This document shows, piece by piece, positions 1-10,390 of a stretch of DNA of 64,000 bases. This DNA is from an uncultured Acidobacteriota bacterium (GTDB lineage: Bacteria > Acidobacteriota > Thermoanaerobaculia > Multivoradales > JAHEKO01), in assembly GCA_963713825.1 (NCBI GenBank), contig CAVQNG010000005.1:448001-512000 (forward strand). The letters run 5' to 3'. Position numbers and translations under genes: made by a program. Under the pieces are notes generated by a model, which made no database searches, had not been told where the DNA came from, and was given only the letters and a program-made list of their open reading frames with translations. The stretch's first letter is position 1. Each line of letters opens with the position of its first letter.

Positions 1-69
1 AAGAATCAGATTGGTGGCTCGCCCCCTACGCCCCTATTTCCCTAAGCCCTTATGCCTCTGATGGTGCCA

Positions 70-233
70 GAGGTTCGTTCGGGTGGTTCGACAGGGGGCG
101 CCTCGTCGAGCGCGGCGCAAGGGCCACGAAGGAACACTAAAGATGAGGCGCGATGACGAGACGAGGTGGCGGCCCCCCGTTGCAGTCTGAGTAGCCGACG
201 CCGTCCCCCCGGCGAACCACCCGGACGGATCTC
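70..233 (+). repeat. 164-bp fold-back dispersed repeat (family A), copy 1
   Basis: Begins GAGGTTCGTTCGGGTGGTTCG and ends CGAACCACCCGGACGGATCTC (imperfect terminal inverted repeat); homologous to 10391-10554, 17257-17420, 49115-49278 and about 51455-51615. Confidence 0.9.
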
Positions 234-332
234 CCCGAGAAGATAGTCTGCCGTTCAGGACCCAGGACCCAAGGCCCAAAGATCGTCCGGAAGGGACGAC
301 CGGACGCCTCAACCCCTGGTTGGTTGGTGGGG

Positions 333-617
333 TTACCGGAGGACGTCCACGTCCCAGGAGATCATCCGCAGCTCCTCACCGCAGGTCTTGCAGAAGTTGT
401 CCATGCCCTCCTGGAGACTCTGCAGGGCTTCGTCGTCGAGGATCGTGAAGATCACTGCCGAAGACTTTGGAAAGGCGCTGGATCCGAGACGCGGACCCGT
501 AAGACCCATTCCGGCAGCGTGGGAGATCTCGGTGTAGCCGGCAACGCCAGAGCGGTTCAAGAAGACCTCCAGCTCCTCGCGCTTCGACTGATCGATGATG
601 ATCATGAGCATCTTCAT
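333..617 (-). CDS. P-II-like transporter-associated small protein (PG0541-like)
   Basis: 94 aa, GVAGYT..GxGxxGPRLGSSAFP pattern; last gene of the RND operon. Confidence 0.65.
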   Translation of the reverse strand: MKMLMIIIDQSKREELEVFLNRSGVAGYTEISHAAGMGLTGPRLGSSAFPKSSAVIFTILDDEALQSLQEGMDNFCKTCGEELRMISWDVDVLR

Positions 618-690
618 GCGGGTTTCTCCGATTGCGTTGAATGTGCCTGCGACTCATCGAAGCTCAGCGGGCCCCGAGGCCCGGAGCGCC

Positions 691-879
691 TCAGTCGGGT
701 ACGCCAATCGCGCGAAGCGCGGAAATCATCGGGCATTTCTTCGTGAAGGCCGACTGCAAGAGGTTGAGACCGACGAAGGCCGTGAAGAGAAAGAACCCCG
801 GGTGCACCCAGTAGCCGAGCGCCACCGACAGCAGGATAAGCAAGCCGGCGATGGCTCTGAGGTAGTCATTGACTGTCAT
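691..879 (-). CDS. DUF2892 / YgaP-like membrane protein
   Basis: FTAFVGLNLLQSAFTKKCP motif, two hydrophobic helices. Confidence 0.85.
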   Translation of the reverse strand: MTVNDYLRAIAGLLILLSVALGYWVHPGFFLFTAFVGLNLLQSAFTKKCPMISALRAIGVPD

Positions 880-903
880 GATTCGGTTCCTTTTTTGCCG
901 AAA

Positions 904-3900
904 CTAGTGGTCCTGGGGAACGATCTTCTCCAGGCCCACCGTCTTCAAATACATGTAGTACAGCAGCGGAATGACCATCAGGGTCAGGGCGGTGGAGACG
1001 ACGACCCCCGAGATGAGAGCGACAGCCAGGCCCTGGAAGATGGGGTCGAGCAGGATCACGAGCCCACCGACGACCAAGGCCGCGGCGGTGAGAAAGATCG
1101 GTCTGAATCGCACCACTCCCGCCTTGACGACCGCGGTCTCCAGTTTCTCTCCAGCCGCCAGCTCGAGGTTGATGAAGTCAACCAGCAGGATCGAATTGCG
1201 CACGATGATGCCCGCCAGGGCGATGAATCCGATCATGGAGGTGGCGGTGAAGAAGACTCCTCCGATGGCGTGGGCCGGGAGGATGCCGATCAGCGTCAGG
1301 GGAATCGGTGCCATGATGATGAGCGGCGTGATGAAGGAGCGGAACCAGCCCACCACCAGGACATAGATGAGGACCAGAACGACGGCGAAGGCGACTCCCA
1401 TGTCGCGAAAGACCTCGTAGGTGATCTGCCACTCGCCGTCCCACTTCATGGCGTAGCCGGTGGTGTCGTCCGGCATGCTCGAAGAGAGGATCGGGAGTGG
1501 CCCGCCGGTGGTGGGGTCTTGCAGCGCCTCGACGCGGTCTTGCATGTCGAGGATGCCGTAGATCGGTGATTCCTCGTTACCCGCCACTTCGCCGATCACG
1601 TACGTCAGCGGCTGCAGGTTCTTGTGGTAGATGAAGCGCTCGCGGGAGGTCGGGCGGACCTTGACCAACTCGCCGACGGGCACCATGCGGCCCTCCGAGC
1701 CGTGGACGGAGATCCCAAGCAGACCATCGATGCTGGAACGCTGCGATCGATCGAGCCGCAGGACCAGGGGTACCGACTCGCGGGCCGTCTCGTCACGCAG
1801 CAGACCGACTTCGGCGCCCTCGAGGGCGACGCGCAGAGTGCGCACGACGGCTTCGGGGGTCGTGCCGGCACGAACGGCCTTTTCCCGATCGACCTCGAAC
1901 TCGACCTGCGGTCCGGGATTTTCGACCCACCAATCGACATCTACGATGCCCGGTGTCGTCTCGAAGATGTCCCGCACCTGTTGGGCCAGCTCGAGTCGTT
2001 GATCGAGGTCGGGTCCGTAGATCTCCGCCACCATGGTGGAGAGTACCGGTGGTCCTGGTGGAACTTCGGTGACCTTGACGTTGGCTTGCGTGCCTTCGAC
2101 GACGGGAGCCAGCAGGTCCCGCAGCTCCTTGGCGAAGGGATGACTGGCGCGATCTCGATGATGCTTGGGCAAGAGGTTGATCTGCAGGTCGGCCACCAGA
2201 GGCCCGCTGCGCAGGAAGTAGTGGCGCACGAGGCCGTTGAAGTTGAACGGCGCCGAGGTGCCGACGTAGATCTGGACGTCCGTGACCTCTGGCAGCGTAC
2301 GGACCTTCTCGGCGAGGCTGCGAGCGATGCCGGCCGTCTCTTCGAGCGTGCTGCCCTCGGGCATGTCGATAACGACCTGCAGCTCGCTCTTGTTGTCGAA
2401 GGGCAGCATCTTGACCTTGACGACCCGTGCCGCCACCAGGCTCATGGAGAGCAAAAGGGCCACGACCACCGCGCCCAGAAGGGCCCAGCGTCGCCAGGCC
2501 TTGGCGAGCAGCGGACGAAACAGTCGTTCGTAGAGCTTCAGGAAACGTGTTTCGGAAGCGGTCTCGGCGTCGTGCTCGGCCGGTCCCTCAGCCAGCTTCT
2601 CGGCGGTGCGACGGAAGAGCTTGAAGGTCAGCCAGGGCGAGACCACAAAGGCGACGATCAAGGAAAACAACATGGCGGCCGAGGCGTTGATCGGAATCGG
2701 CCGCATGTACGGCCCCATCAGTCCCGACACGAAAGCCAGCGGTAGCAGAGCGCCGATGACCGTGAAAGTGGCCAGAATGGTCGGATTGCCGACCTCATCC
2801 GTGGCGTAGACGGTAGCGTGCCGGGGATTGGTCCAGCCCAACAGGTAGTGCCGATGGATGTTCTCGACGACTACGATCGCGTCGTCCACCAGGATGCCGA
2901 TGGCGAAGATCAGGGCGAACAGGGTGACACGATTCAGGGTGTAGCCGAACAGGTAGGAAGCCGCCAGGGTCAGCGCCAAGGTCGTTGGCACCGCGACGAG
3001 AACGACGATCGCTTCGCGTCGACCCAGGGCCAGAGCCATCAAGCCGACGACGGAGAGCGTCGCGATCCAGAGGTGCTTCATGAGCTCGGAGGACTTCTCC
3101 CCCGCCGTATAGCCGTAGTCCCGAGTCTTGGTGACGTGCACGTTGTCGGGAATCACCGGCCCCTTGAAAGCCTCCAGACGTTTCTCGAGGTCGGTAACGA
3201 GATCAACGGCGTTGGTGCCGGGTTTCTTGGCGATGGCAACGGTAACGGCCGGAGTGTCGAGGCCTGGTGGCAGGTCCTTCTCGCCACCGGCGGCGCCCCC
3301 CATCATCCAGACGTAGTCGGCGGGTTCGTCCGGCCCGTCGATGACTGTCGCCACATCACGCAGATAGACAGGATTGCCACCATAGATGCCGAGAACGGCG
3401 TTCTCGACGTCCTTTGCGGTGCGAAAGAAGCTACCGACTTCGACCACGGTCTCGGTGTCCGCGCTGGCGAACGAGCCCGCCGGCAATCTCCAGTTGAGCC
3501 CGGCCAGGGCCTGGTAGGCCTGCAAGAGCGAGACGTGATGGGATGACAACCGCTCGCGGTCGAACTGGACCTGGACCGCCCGCTTCTGACCGCCCAGGAT
3601 CGACACCTGCGCCACTCTGGGATGGCGAGTCAACTCGGTCTTGAGCTCCTGGGCGACCTGCCGCAGCTGCATGGAAGTGGCGTCATTCGACCAGAGAGTG
3701 AAGGCGACCACTGGTACGTCGTCGATGCTGCGGGGCGCCACCACCGGTGGCACGGTGCCTTCGGGGAGCGTTGCCGCGATCTCGGCAACCTTGGAGTGCA
3801 CCCTCACCACAGCCTGGTCGGGATCGGTGCCGACGAGAAAGCGGACGATGATCATGCCGCCCGAGGGTTGGGTGATGGAGTACACGTACTCGACATTGTC

Positions 3901-4221
3901 GATCTCGTAGATGGCCTTCTCGAGAGGAGAGATGACCCGTCGCTCCACCTCCTGAGCCGACGCCCCGGGCAGGCCGACGAACACATCGATCATCGGCACC
4001 TTGATCTGGGGCTCTTCCTCTCGTGGTGTGACCATGACGGCGAAGGCACCAACCAGGAGCGAGGCCACCACCAGCAGTGGCGTCAGCTTCGACTCCAGGA
4101 AGGCCTGGGCGACGCGGCCGGAAAAGCCGATCGGTCGGCGAGTCTGCTTGAGGCGCAGGGCCTCGCGGCGGGCTGCGTCGCCGCCATTCGACTGCGGTGT
4201 CTTGTTGTCGGCTGCCATCAC
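904..4221 (-). CDS. RND efflux transporter permease (AcrB/AcrD/AcrF family)
   Basis: About 1100 aa; PREEEPQI, GILVDDAIVVVENI, GIIVRNSILLVDF and RFRPIFLT motifs. Confidence 0.95.
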   Translation of the reverse strand: MMAADNKTPQSNGGDAARREALRLKQTRRPIGFSGRVAQAFLESKLTPLLVVASLLVGAFAVMVTPREEEPQIKVPMIDVFVGLPGASAQEVERRVISPLEKAIYEIDNVEYVYSITQPSGGMIIVRFLVGTDPDQAVVRVHSKVAEIAATLPEGTVPPVVAPRSIDDVPVVAFTLWSNDATSMQLRQVAQELKTELTRHPRVAQVSILGGQKRAVQVQFDRERLSSHHVSLLQAYQALAGLNWRLPAGSFASADTETVVEVGSFFRTAKDVENAVLGIYGGNPVYLRDVATVIDGPDEPADYVWMMGGAAGGEKDLPPGLDTPAVTVAIAKKPGTNAVDLVTDLEKRLEAFKGPVIPDNVHVTKTRDYGYTAGEKSSELMKHLWIATLSVVGLMALALGRREAIVVLVAVPTTLALTLAASYLFGYTLNRVTLFALIFAIGILVDDAIVVVENIHRHYLLGWTNPRHATVYATDEVGNPTILATFTVIGALLPLAFVSGLMGPYMRPIPINASAAMLFSLIVAFVVSPWLTFKLFRRTAEKLAEGPAEHDAETASETRFLKLYERLFRPLLAKAWRRWALLGAVVVALLLSMSLVAARVVKVKMLPFDNKSELQVVIDMPEGSTLEETAGIARSLAEKVRTLPEVTDVQIYVGTSAPFNFNGLVRHYFLRSGPLVADLQINLLPKHHRDRASHPFAKELRDLLAPVVEGTQANVKVTEVPPGPPVLSTMVAEIYGPDLDQRLELAQQVRDIFETTPGIVDVDWWVENPGPQVEFEVDREKAVRAGTTPEAVVRTLRVALEGAEVGLLRDETARESVPLVLRLDRSQRSSIDGLLGISVHGSEGRMVPVGELVKVRPTSRERFIYHKNLQPLTYVIGEVAGNEESPIYGILDMQDRVEALQDPTTGGPLPILSSSMPDDTTGYAMKWDGEWQITYEVFRDMGVAFAVVLVLIYVLVVGWFRSFITPLIIMAPIPLTLIGILPAHAIGGVFFTATSMIGFIALAGIIVRNSILLVDFINLELAAGEKLETAVVKAGVVRFRPIFLTAAALVVGGLVILLDPIFQGLAVALISGVVVSTALTLMVIPLLYYMYLKTVGLEKIVPQDH

Positions 4222-5309
4222 GACACCTCCACACGGGTGCCGGCCGAAGGGGGTGCTGGCAGGTCCAGAAGGACGCTCTCGCCGCCGGTCAGGCCGGAGA
4301 GAATCTCGACCCGGTCTCCGGGGAGACGCCGTCCTACCGTGACGACCCGGGTGCTGGCGAAGCCGTCGTTCGTGCGCACGACCACCATCTGAATGCCACC
4401 CCGGCGCAGGACGGCTGCGTCGGGAACGGCGATGAGCGTCTGCTCGTCGGTCGGGATGAATGCGCGGCCGGTGGCCCCACTGGGAAGCTCGGGTGCGTTC
4501 AAGGCCAGCTTGACCTGAAACGAGTGACTGGCCGGATCGGCCCCGGGCGGAATCTCCACGACGCTGCCGGTCATCTCGGTCAGGTCGGACTGCGAATCGA
4601 TGCCGACCCGCAGCTCGTCACCGTAGGCCAGCTTGGCCTGAGCCATCAGGGTTTCGGGGATCGACACGACGAGTCGCCGCCCCGCCGTGGACTCGATGAC
4701 CAGAAGGGGACGACCTGGCGCGGCCAGATCACCGACCTCGACCATCTTGCGACCTACCCGGCCGGAGAAGGGGGCGACGACGCGGGAGTCACCGGCGACC
4801 GACGAGGCCGAGGAAACGGCTCCCTGGGCCTGTTCGACGGCTGCCTTGGCCTGTTCGTACTGCATTCGAGCCATGTCCAGCTCGAGCTCGGACGCCGCGT
4901 TGCTCTCGGCCAGCGCTTGAAAGCGCTCGTAGTTCCGTGCGGCCAGCGCCAGGGCCGCGTCGGCCTGTCCGAGACCTCCCCTGGCTTGCGAGAGCTGCCC
5001 CTCGGAGGCCTGAGGATCGATCTCGAGTAGGAGCTGGCCCTTGGTGACCACATCGCCGGCTTTGACCCGGACGGCCGTTACCATGGCCATGACCCTGACC
5101 GAGATGGCGGCGGTCTGCTCGGCCTCGACCGTACCGAAGACCTGGACTTCCTGGGCCGCGTCGAGCCGCTCGACCGTAGCGACGGAAGCGCTGATCGTGC
5201 TGTGAGTGGTCTCGGGCTCGACGTCGTGCGAGCCGCCGCAGGCGAGCCCCAGCAAGGCTGTCGAGACCAGAACCAGGCTGGTCAGTCGGAAAGAGTCCTT
5301 GGCTATCAT
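4218..5309 (-). CDS. RND periplasmic adaptor (membrane fusion protein), likely lipoprotein
   Basis: LGLAC lipobox, VKAGDVVTKGQLL, APFSGRV and VEILSGL motifs; overlaps neighbours by 4 nt. Confidence 0.93.
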   Translation of the reverse strand: MIAKDSFRLTSLVLVSTALLGLACGGSHDVEPETTHSTISASVATVERLDAAQEVQVFGTVEAEQTAAISVRVMAMVTAVRVKAGDVVTKGQLLLEIDPQASEGQLSQARGGLGQADAALALAARNYERFQALAESNAASELELDMARMQYEQAKAAVEQAQGAVSSASSVAGDSRVVAPFSGRVGRKMVEVGDLAAPGRPLLVIESTAGRRLVVSIPETLMAQAKLAYGDELRVGIDSQSDLTEMTGSVVEIPPGADPASHSFQVKLALNAPELPSGATGRAFIPTDEQTLIAVPDAAVLRRGGIQMVVVRTNDGFASTRVVTVGRRLPGDRVEILSGLTGGESVLLDLPAPPSAGTRVEVS

Positions 5310-6679
5310 GATTCTGTCCTCGAGGAGGTTGTGGTCGCAGGGGTCGGAATGACGCTCTCAGGCCGGCGACCGGATCGGGCCGCCAGTTCCAGCGTGGCCA
5401 GATAGGCTTCGGCCGCCGCCACCAGTTGACGGGTCTCGGCTTCCTGCCGGGCCGTGGAGGCGTCGAGCAGATCGATCATCTTGACGACACCCTTCTTGAA
5501 TCTCTCTTCGGTGATGCGTTCGGCCTCGGAGGCCGCGTGTTGGGCAGCCAGTGCCGTGTCGTAGCGCTGACGGGCACTGGTCGCCGTTTCGTAGGCATCC
5601 TTGACACCGAGACGAATGCCGTCTTCGAACTGTTCGAGTTGTTGGCGGCCGGCTTCCAGGTCGGCCTCGGCGGCGGCCTTGGCGGCGCGATGCCGGTTGC
5701 CCGAGAAGATGTCGATGCTGGCCATCGCGGCGACCGAGCCTGAATGCGCGCCGGTCCCGAAAAGGTTCTGGTCGTAGAAGTCGTACTTGGCCTGCAGGCC
5801 GATCTTGGGGAGCAGAGCTGAGCGCTGCACCCGGACTTCGAGCTCGGCGGCCGATAGCAGGCGGCGGGCCGCTTCCAGATCGGCCCGGGTCTCGGCGGTC
5901 GCCAACCAGGGATCGATGCCCTCTTCGATCGGCTGCGGATCAGGCAGCTTGCGGAGCTCCCACGCCGATGAGGGGTCGGCGCCGAGGCGAAACGAAAGAT
6001 TGGCCTCGGCCACCTTGGCCTGGCCCCGGGCCTGGTAAAGCAGATCCTGAATTCGCGACAACTCCACTTCGGCCATCAGGAGCTCTGAGCGAACCAGCAT
6101 TCCCTGGTCGACGTAGGCCCTGGCGATACTCACGTGCGCATCGACGGTCTCCAGGGAACGCTCCAGTAGGATGAGATTTTCACGCACCTGGGCGAGACGA
6201 ATGTAAGCTTCGGCGGCGGCCAAGGCCGCACTGTCGGCTGCCCAGGAGGTCTTGATCTCGTCCGCTTCAGCGGCCAGCCTGGCCTGGTCGATGCGTCCAG
6301 ACAGGCCGCCGCCCATGTAGATGGGCAGCATGAGCTCGAATCGGCTCGTGGCGTTCTCGAACCAGTCCGGGTTGTTGGGGTCGCTCATGACGAAATCATC
6401 GAACGAGAACACCCCTTGATTGAGCTGTAGCGCGAAGACCTCGGCAGGCGTGTTGGTGGTCATCCAGATCTCCTGGAATCGCACCTGGGGCAGCCGATAG
6501 CCCTTGGCCTGCTTGAGGCGGGCGGCGCCCGCCTCGGCCTGCGCTTGTGCGGCGGTGACCTCGCGAGCCTGACTGCGAGCGGTAGACATGGCGTCGAGGA
6601 GGCTCAGCTCGTCGGCTTCGGCTGTAGCCAGGCACAGTGAGCCCAGCAACACCATACCCAAGGCAAGGTTGCGCGTCAT
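5306..6679 (-). CDS. TolC family outer-membrane efflux protein
   Basis: Signal peptide, duplicated helical repeats, ERFKKGVVKMIDLLDA C-terminal motif; operon position. Confidence 0.92.
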   Translation of the reverse strand: MTRNLALGMVLLGSLCLATAEADELSLLDAMSTARSQAREVTAAQAQAEAGAARLKQAKGYRLPQVRFQEIWMTTNTPAEVFALQLNQGVFSFDDFVMSDPNNPDWFENATSRFELMLPIYMGGGLSGRIDQARLAAEADEIKTSWAADSAALAAAEAYIRLAQVRENLILLERSLETVDAHVSIARAYVDQGMLVRSELLMAEVELSRIQDLLYQARGQAKVAEANLSFRLGADPSSAWELRKLPDPQPIEEGIDPWLATAETRADLEAARRLLSAAELEVRVQRSALLPKIGLQAKYDFYDQNLFGTGAHSGSVAAMASIDIFSGNRHRAAKAAAEADLEAGRQQLEQFEDGIRLGVKDAYETATSARQRYDTALAAQHAASEAERITEERFKKGVVKMIDLLDASTARQEAETRQLVAAAEAYLATLELAARSGRRPESVIPTPATTTSSRTES

Positions 6680-6765
6680 TGTCTTGTATCCTCCCTAGCG
6701 CGGATGAGAGCCACACCTGTCGCAGCGGTTCGTGCAACGTCTTCAGCGACTCACAGCTCTAGATA

Positions 6766-7098
6766 CTAGTTCGTGAGGGTCGTATCAATCCACTGCTTGA
6801 GATGGCCTTTGGGCAGAGCACCGACGACGCGATCCACTTCGGCGCCATCCTTGAAGAGCACCATGGTCGGAATGCCCTGGACTCCGAGGCGTTGGGCGTA
6901 GATGGGATTCTGATCTGTGTTGACCTTGGCGATCACGACCTTGTCACCGAGCTCACCAGCCAGCTCTTCCAGAACGGGTGCGATCATCCTGCAGGGTCCG
7001 CACCAGGGTGCCCAGAAGTCCACCAGGACGGGTACGTCGGAGTTGACGACCGTCTCGTCGAACTGCTCGTCAGTGATCTGAAGGGGAGTTGTCGTCAT
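6766..7098 (-). CDS. trxA: Thioredoxin
   Basis: DFWAPWCGPCR active site, GIPTMVLFKDG. Confidence 0.95.
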   Translation of the reverse strand: MTTTPLQITDEQFDETVVNSDVPVLVDFWAPWCGPCRMIAPVLEELAGELGDKVVIAKVNTDQNPIYAQRLGVQGIPTMVLFKDGAEVDRVVGALPKGHLKQWIDTTLTN

Positions 7099-7407
7099 TG
7101 CGGTATCTCCTTGAATATTCGAAGTTGGCTATGTGTTTGCGGCGCTGCGACCGTTTGATCGCCTTGCCTGCCCCTTGAGAGACACGAACTTTGGAGAAGG
7201 TTCCCGAAAGGGAGAAAACCCTGTGTATCGCTATATGGATATTCAATTATGAGTCCGTTTCTGTTACTATCCCTCCAGACGAAAAATAGCTGGGGGCCGT
7301 GTATCCGCACACAGGAGCGGTGCATTCAATGTCTCGTAGGCTATTGAAGAAACTAGAAAGGTACTGAAATTCTCGTTCAGAGAATCAATGTGAGGAGGAG
7401 GATCGTG

Positions 7408-9066
7408 ATGTCTAAGTTCAAGTCTCTTCGAGTTTCACTTGGAATCGGTCTGGCGCTGATCGCCTTGCAGGCGCTGTCAGTGGTTCCAGCCACGGCACAG
7501 GTGGATATCTATGTGCTGGGGCGGCCGGGCTCGACATTCTCGCCACATTCGGCCCGAAATCTGGAGGAGATGAAAGATCTCTTCGATCGCTTCGAGCCGG
7601 ACATCCGTGAAGTACTCGAAATCGGTGGCTGGGGTGGAAACGCCGATGACCTGTTCGCGACGATGCGCGCGGCCAAAGAGGGCGACGGTACGGTTACCAG
7701 GACCACCATCAACCCCGGTGACACGCTGAAGTGGATGGCCAACCGCAAGGGCGGAGAGCCGTCTGTCGTCGTGAATCCGCGCTGGGCGGCCAAGCAGTCC
7801 GTTCCGGCATGGCAGATCCTCGTGACCTCTGGCGACACCGAGTACACCTTCATCGTGCCCGAGACCTGCATGAACCTGGCTTACAAGAGCTCGCGTTCGG
7901 TTGCCAAGCCGAAGCCGACCTGCAATATCAAGGCTAGCTACGACCAGGGTACTGACACGATCACGGTCACCGGAAGCAGCGACGGCGAGTTCAAGATCAC
8001 CGACGCTGGCCTGCCGGGTGGCAAGGGCAGTGTTGCCGATCTGAAGAGCACCGGCCCGATGACCTGGACCTTCACACCGAAGACCGACGGCACCTACACC
8101 TTCAACGGTCAGTCGGTCAAGGATGGTCAGACGCAGACCTGCACGGCCAGCGTCCGCGTGGGCAAGGCCAAGGCAGCCTGCGCCATCGACGTGATCGTCG
8201 ATCCTGAGACGAAGGTCATCTCGGTCGACAGCAGCCGGACCACCGGCGATTTCGAGTTGACCAGTCTGACGCTGCCGGACGGCACCGCCGGTGACATGGC
8301 CATGATCGAGTCCGCTGGTGATTCCAAGTGGACGTACGATCCTGCCGGTTCGCTGAAGCGGCGGCCAGGTGACTACAACTACACCTTCGCTGGCAAGTCG
8401 ACCCTGTACGACACCGAGTCGACTTGCGACACGTCGGCCATCATTCGCATCGAAGGTCCGGATTATGCCTGGATCGGCCGTGGCTACTACATCCACAACT
8501 ACCCAGGCTCGGATACCCTGCACGTCGAGAACCCAACGGGTTTCGATCCGCCGATCTTCACGCAGTTCTGGGCTGATGGTGGCAATGGCTTTGGTGGTGA
8601 GGTCGAGTACATGTTCAAGCCGAACATGGGCATTTGGGGCGGTATCGCCTTCTCGAACATCAAGACCAGCCTGATGTACGACCGGGCCGATGTCTGGCTG
8701 ACCGGCACCGACAGAGTCGATCTGCGGCAGTTCAGCCTGGGTTACAACTACCACTTCACGCCGGACCGGCGCGCCGACATCTACGCTGGCGTGCTCGCGT
8801 CCTGGGTGAACTTCAGCTCCTCGACCTTCAACTTCTCAGAGATCCCGCCGGAGCTCGGTGGGCCTGTGGACTATCAGGTCAAGTACGATAACGAGCTGTC
8901 CGGTGGCCTCAACCTGGGTATCGACTACCCGTTCTCGGAAGGCGGCCCCTGGGTCCTCTCCGGTGGGCTGAGGTACATGTTCCTGGCGCTGGAGGGTGAT
9001 GCAAACGTCTACCACATCACCATCGATCCGCTGCAGTTGTTCATCGGCGTCGGCTACCGCTGGTAG
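7408..9066 (+). CDS. Multidomain outer-membrane protein: N-terminal domain, two Cys-bracketed beta-rich repeats, C-terminal OmpW-like barrel
   Basis: AGGAGG RBS, signal peptide, LGYNYHFTP and GVGYRW barrel terminus; paralogous to 9311-10015. Confidence 0.75.
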   Translation: MSKFKSLRVSLGIGLALIALQALSVVPATAQVDIYVLGRPGSTFSPHSARNLEEMKDLFDRFEPDIREVLEIGGWGGNADDLFATMRAAKEGDGTVTRTTINPGDTLKWMANRKGGEPSVVVNPRWAAKQSVPAWQILVTSGDTEYTFIVPETCMNLAYKSSRSVAKPKPTCNIKASYDQGTDTITVTGSSDGEFKITDAGLPGGKGSVADLKSTGPMTWTFTPKTDGTYTFNGQSVKDGQTQTCTASVRVGKAKAACAIDVIVDPETKVISVDSSRTTGDFELTSLTLPDGTAGDMAMIESAGDSKWTYDPAGSLKRRPGDYNYTFAGKSTLYDTESTCDTSAIIRIEGPDYAWIGRGYYIHNYPGSDTLHVENPTGFDPPIFTQFWADGGNGFGGEVEYMFKPNMGIWGGIAFSNIKTSLMYDRADVWLTGTDRVDLRQFSLGYNYHFTPDRRADIYAGVLASWVNFSSSTFNFSEIPPELGGPVDYQVKYDNELSGGLNLGIDYPFSEGGPWVLSGGLRYMFLALEGDANVYHITIDPLQLFIGVGYRW

Positions 9067-9088
9067 ATCTCTGCGTTTGAATGACTCG

Positions 9089-9119
9089 CCGCTGCGCCTT
9101 CGGGCGCAGCGGGTTTTTT
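9089..9119 (+). terminator. Rho-independent terminator
   Basis: CCGCTGCGCC-TTCG-GGCGCAGCGG stem followed by T tract. Confidence 0.85.
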
Positions 9120-9310
9120 CACTCGAACGAACCTTCTGTACCGAAAGCTCGTAATACTTCTAGAGGATGGGATATGGAGATAGCAATATCCGTATCTTCT
9201 TTCAGTGGCATTCGGGGAATGGATTTCCGGATGCGTCCAGGTAGCGGATCTGTAGACAGGCCGGTTCCGCCTGGACAAATCGAAAAACATGTAAGAAAGG
9301 GAGAACCAAT

Positions 9311-10015
9311 ATGAGTCGTTTCATTGGGAAGAGAATGAGGTTCGCAATCGCCATCGGCGTTGCGTTCCTGGCCCTGCAGTTCATTGGAGTCGCCGACTCC
9401 TCCGCGCAGGATGCAGACTTTCGCTGGATTTCACGCCTCCACTATGTGCACGTCTGGCCGGGCTCGGATACGGTCACGTTCACCCCTCCCGGTGCGCCGG
9501 GCCCGGGACTTGTCACCAGCGATTTCTTTGTCGATGGCGGCAATGGATTCAATGCCGAATTGGAATACCTGGTGACGCCCAGGATCGGCACCTATTTCGG
9601 CCTGACTTTCGACAACATGAAGACCAACATGAGTTTCGATATTGTCGGAGACTCGACGCCCATTCTCTATTCGAATGACCGGGTCGACATGCGCGGGATA
9701 AACCTGGGTGCAAACTTCCACTTCACGCCGGAGAGTCGCTTTGACCTCTACGCGGGTGCTCTGCTGTCGTGGGTAGGCTACAGCTCGTCGACCTTCTACT
9801 TCCCCGAGTTCGACTACGACCTTCAGGTAAAGTACGACGACGAGCTGGCGTGGGGGGTCAACTTCGGAGGCGACTTCGCGTTCGGTGAGGACAGCCCGTG
9901 GTTTGCCTCTGTGCAAGTTCGGTACATGCTCCTGGCGTTGGAGGGAGACTCCAACGTCGAGAAGCTGACCGTCGACCCCGTGAAGGGCTTCTTCGGTTTC
10001 GGCTATCGCTGGTAG
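9311..10015 (+). CDS. OmpW-family outer-membrane beta-barrel protein
   Basis: Signal peptide, LGANFHFTP, DPVKGFFGFGYRW terminus. Confidence 0.8.
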   Translation: MSRFIGKRMRFAIAIGVAFLALQFIGVADSSAQDADFRWISRLHYVHVWPGSDTVTFTPPGAPGPGLVTSDFFVDGGNGFNAELEYLVTPRIGTYFGLTFDNMKTNMSFDIVGDSTPILYSNDRVDMRGINLGANFHFTPESRFDLYAGALLSWVGYSSSTFYFPEFDYDLQVKYDDELAWGVNFGGDFAFGEDSPWFASVQVRYMLLALEGDSNVEKLTVDPVKGFFGFGYRW

Positions 10016-10037
10016 ATTCTGTTGGCTGCAACTCTTG

Positions 10038-10070
10038 GCCGCTGTGTCCTTTTGGGCACAGCGGCTTTTT
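10038..10070 (+). terminator. Rho-independent terminator
   Basis: GCCGCTGTGTCC-TTT-GGGCACAGCGGC followed by T tract. Confidence 0.8.
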
Positions 10071-10390
10071 CGTTGCAGCGCAAAGGGGTTGAGGCGTCCG
10101 AGCGTAACTCTCGGCCGACCCTTGAGGGCTTGAGGGTTGAAGCGTCCGTCGTACCTCCGGCCGGCCTTTGGGGGCTTGGGGGTTGAGAAGGCCGACCGAA
10201 CCAGGGATCTCCCTCGTCTGCGGCCTCACCCGACCATGCCCCTCCGACGAGAGAGACCCATGGCCCGATCTACCACCTTCGAGACACATCAATCATCGGA
10301 TTGCTGACTCACCCCCTACGCCCCTATCGCCCTAGGCCTCTAAGCCCTTAAGCCCCTACTGCCCTAAGCCCTTACGCCCCATTGGTGCCA

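Noticed and set aside
34-312. Small mutually similar ORFs (GGRHLVSSSRLI-type) at 34, 10356, 17313, 49094 and 51412
   Set aside because: Translations of repeat family A in differing frames with no conserved start or stop; not a protein family
7221-7250. ArsR/BigR-like operator upstream of trxA
   Set aside because: AT-rich with only weak dyad symmetry, and no ArsR gene in the window
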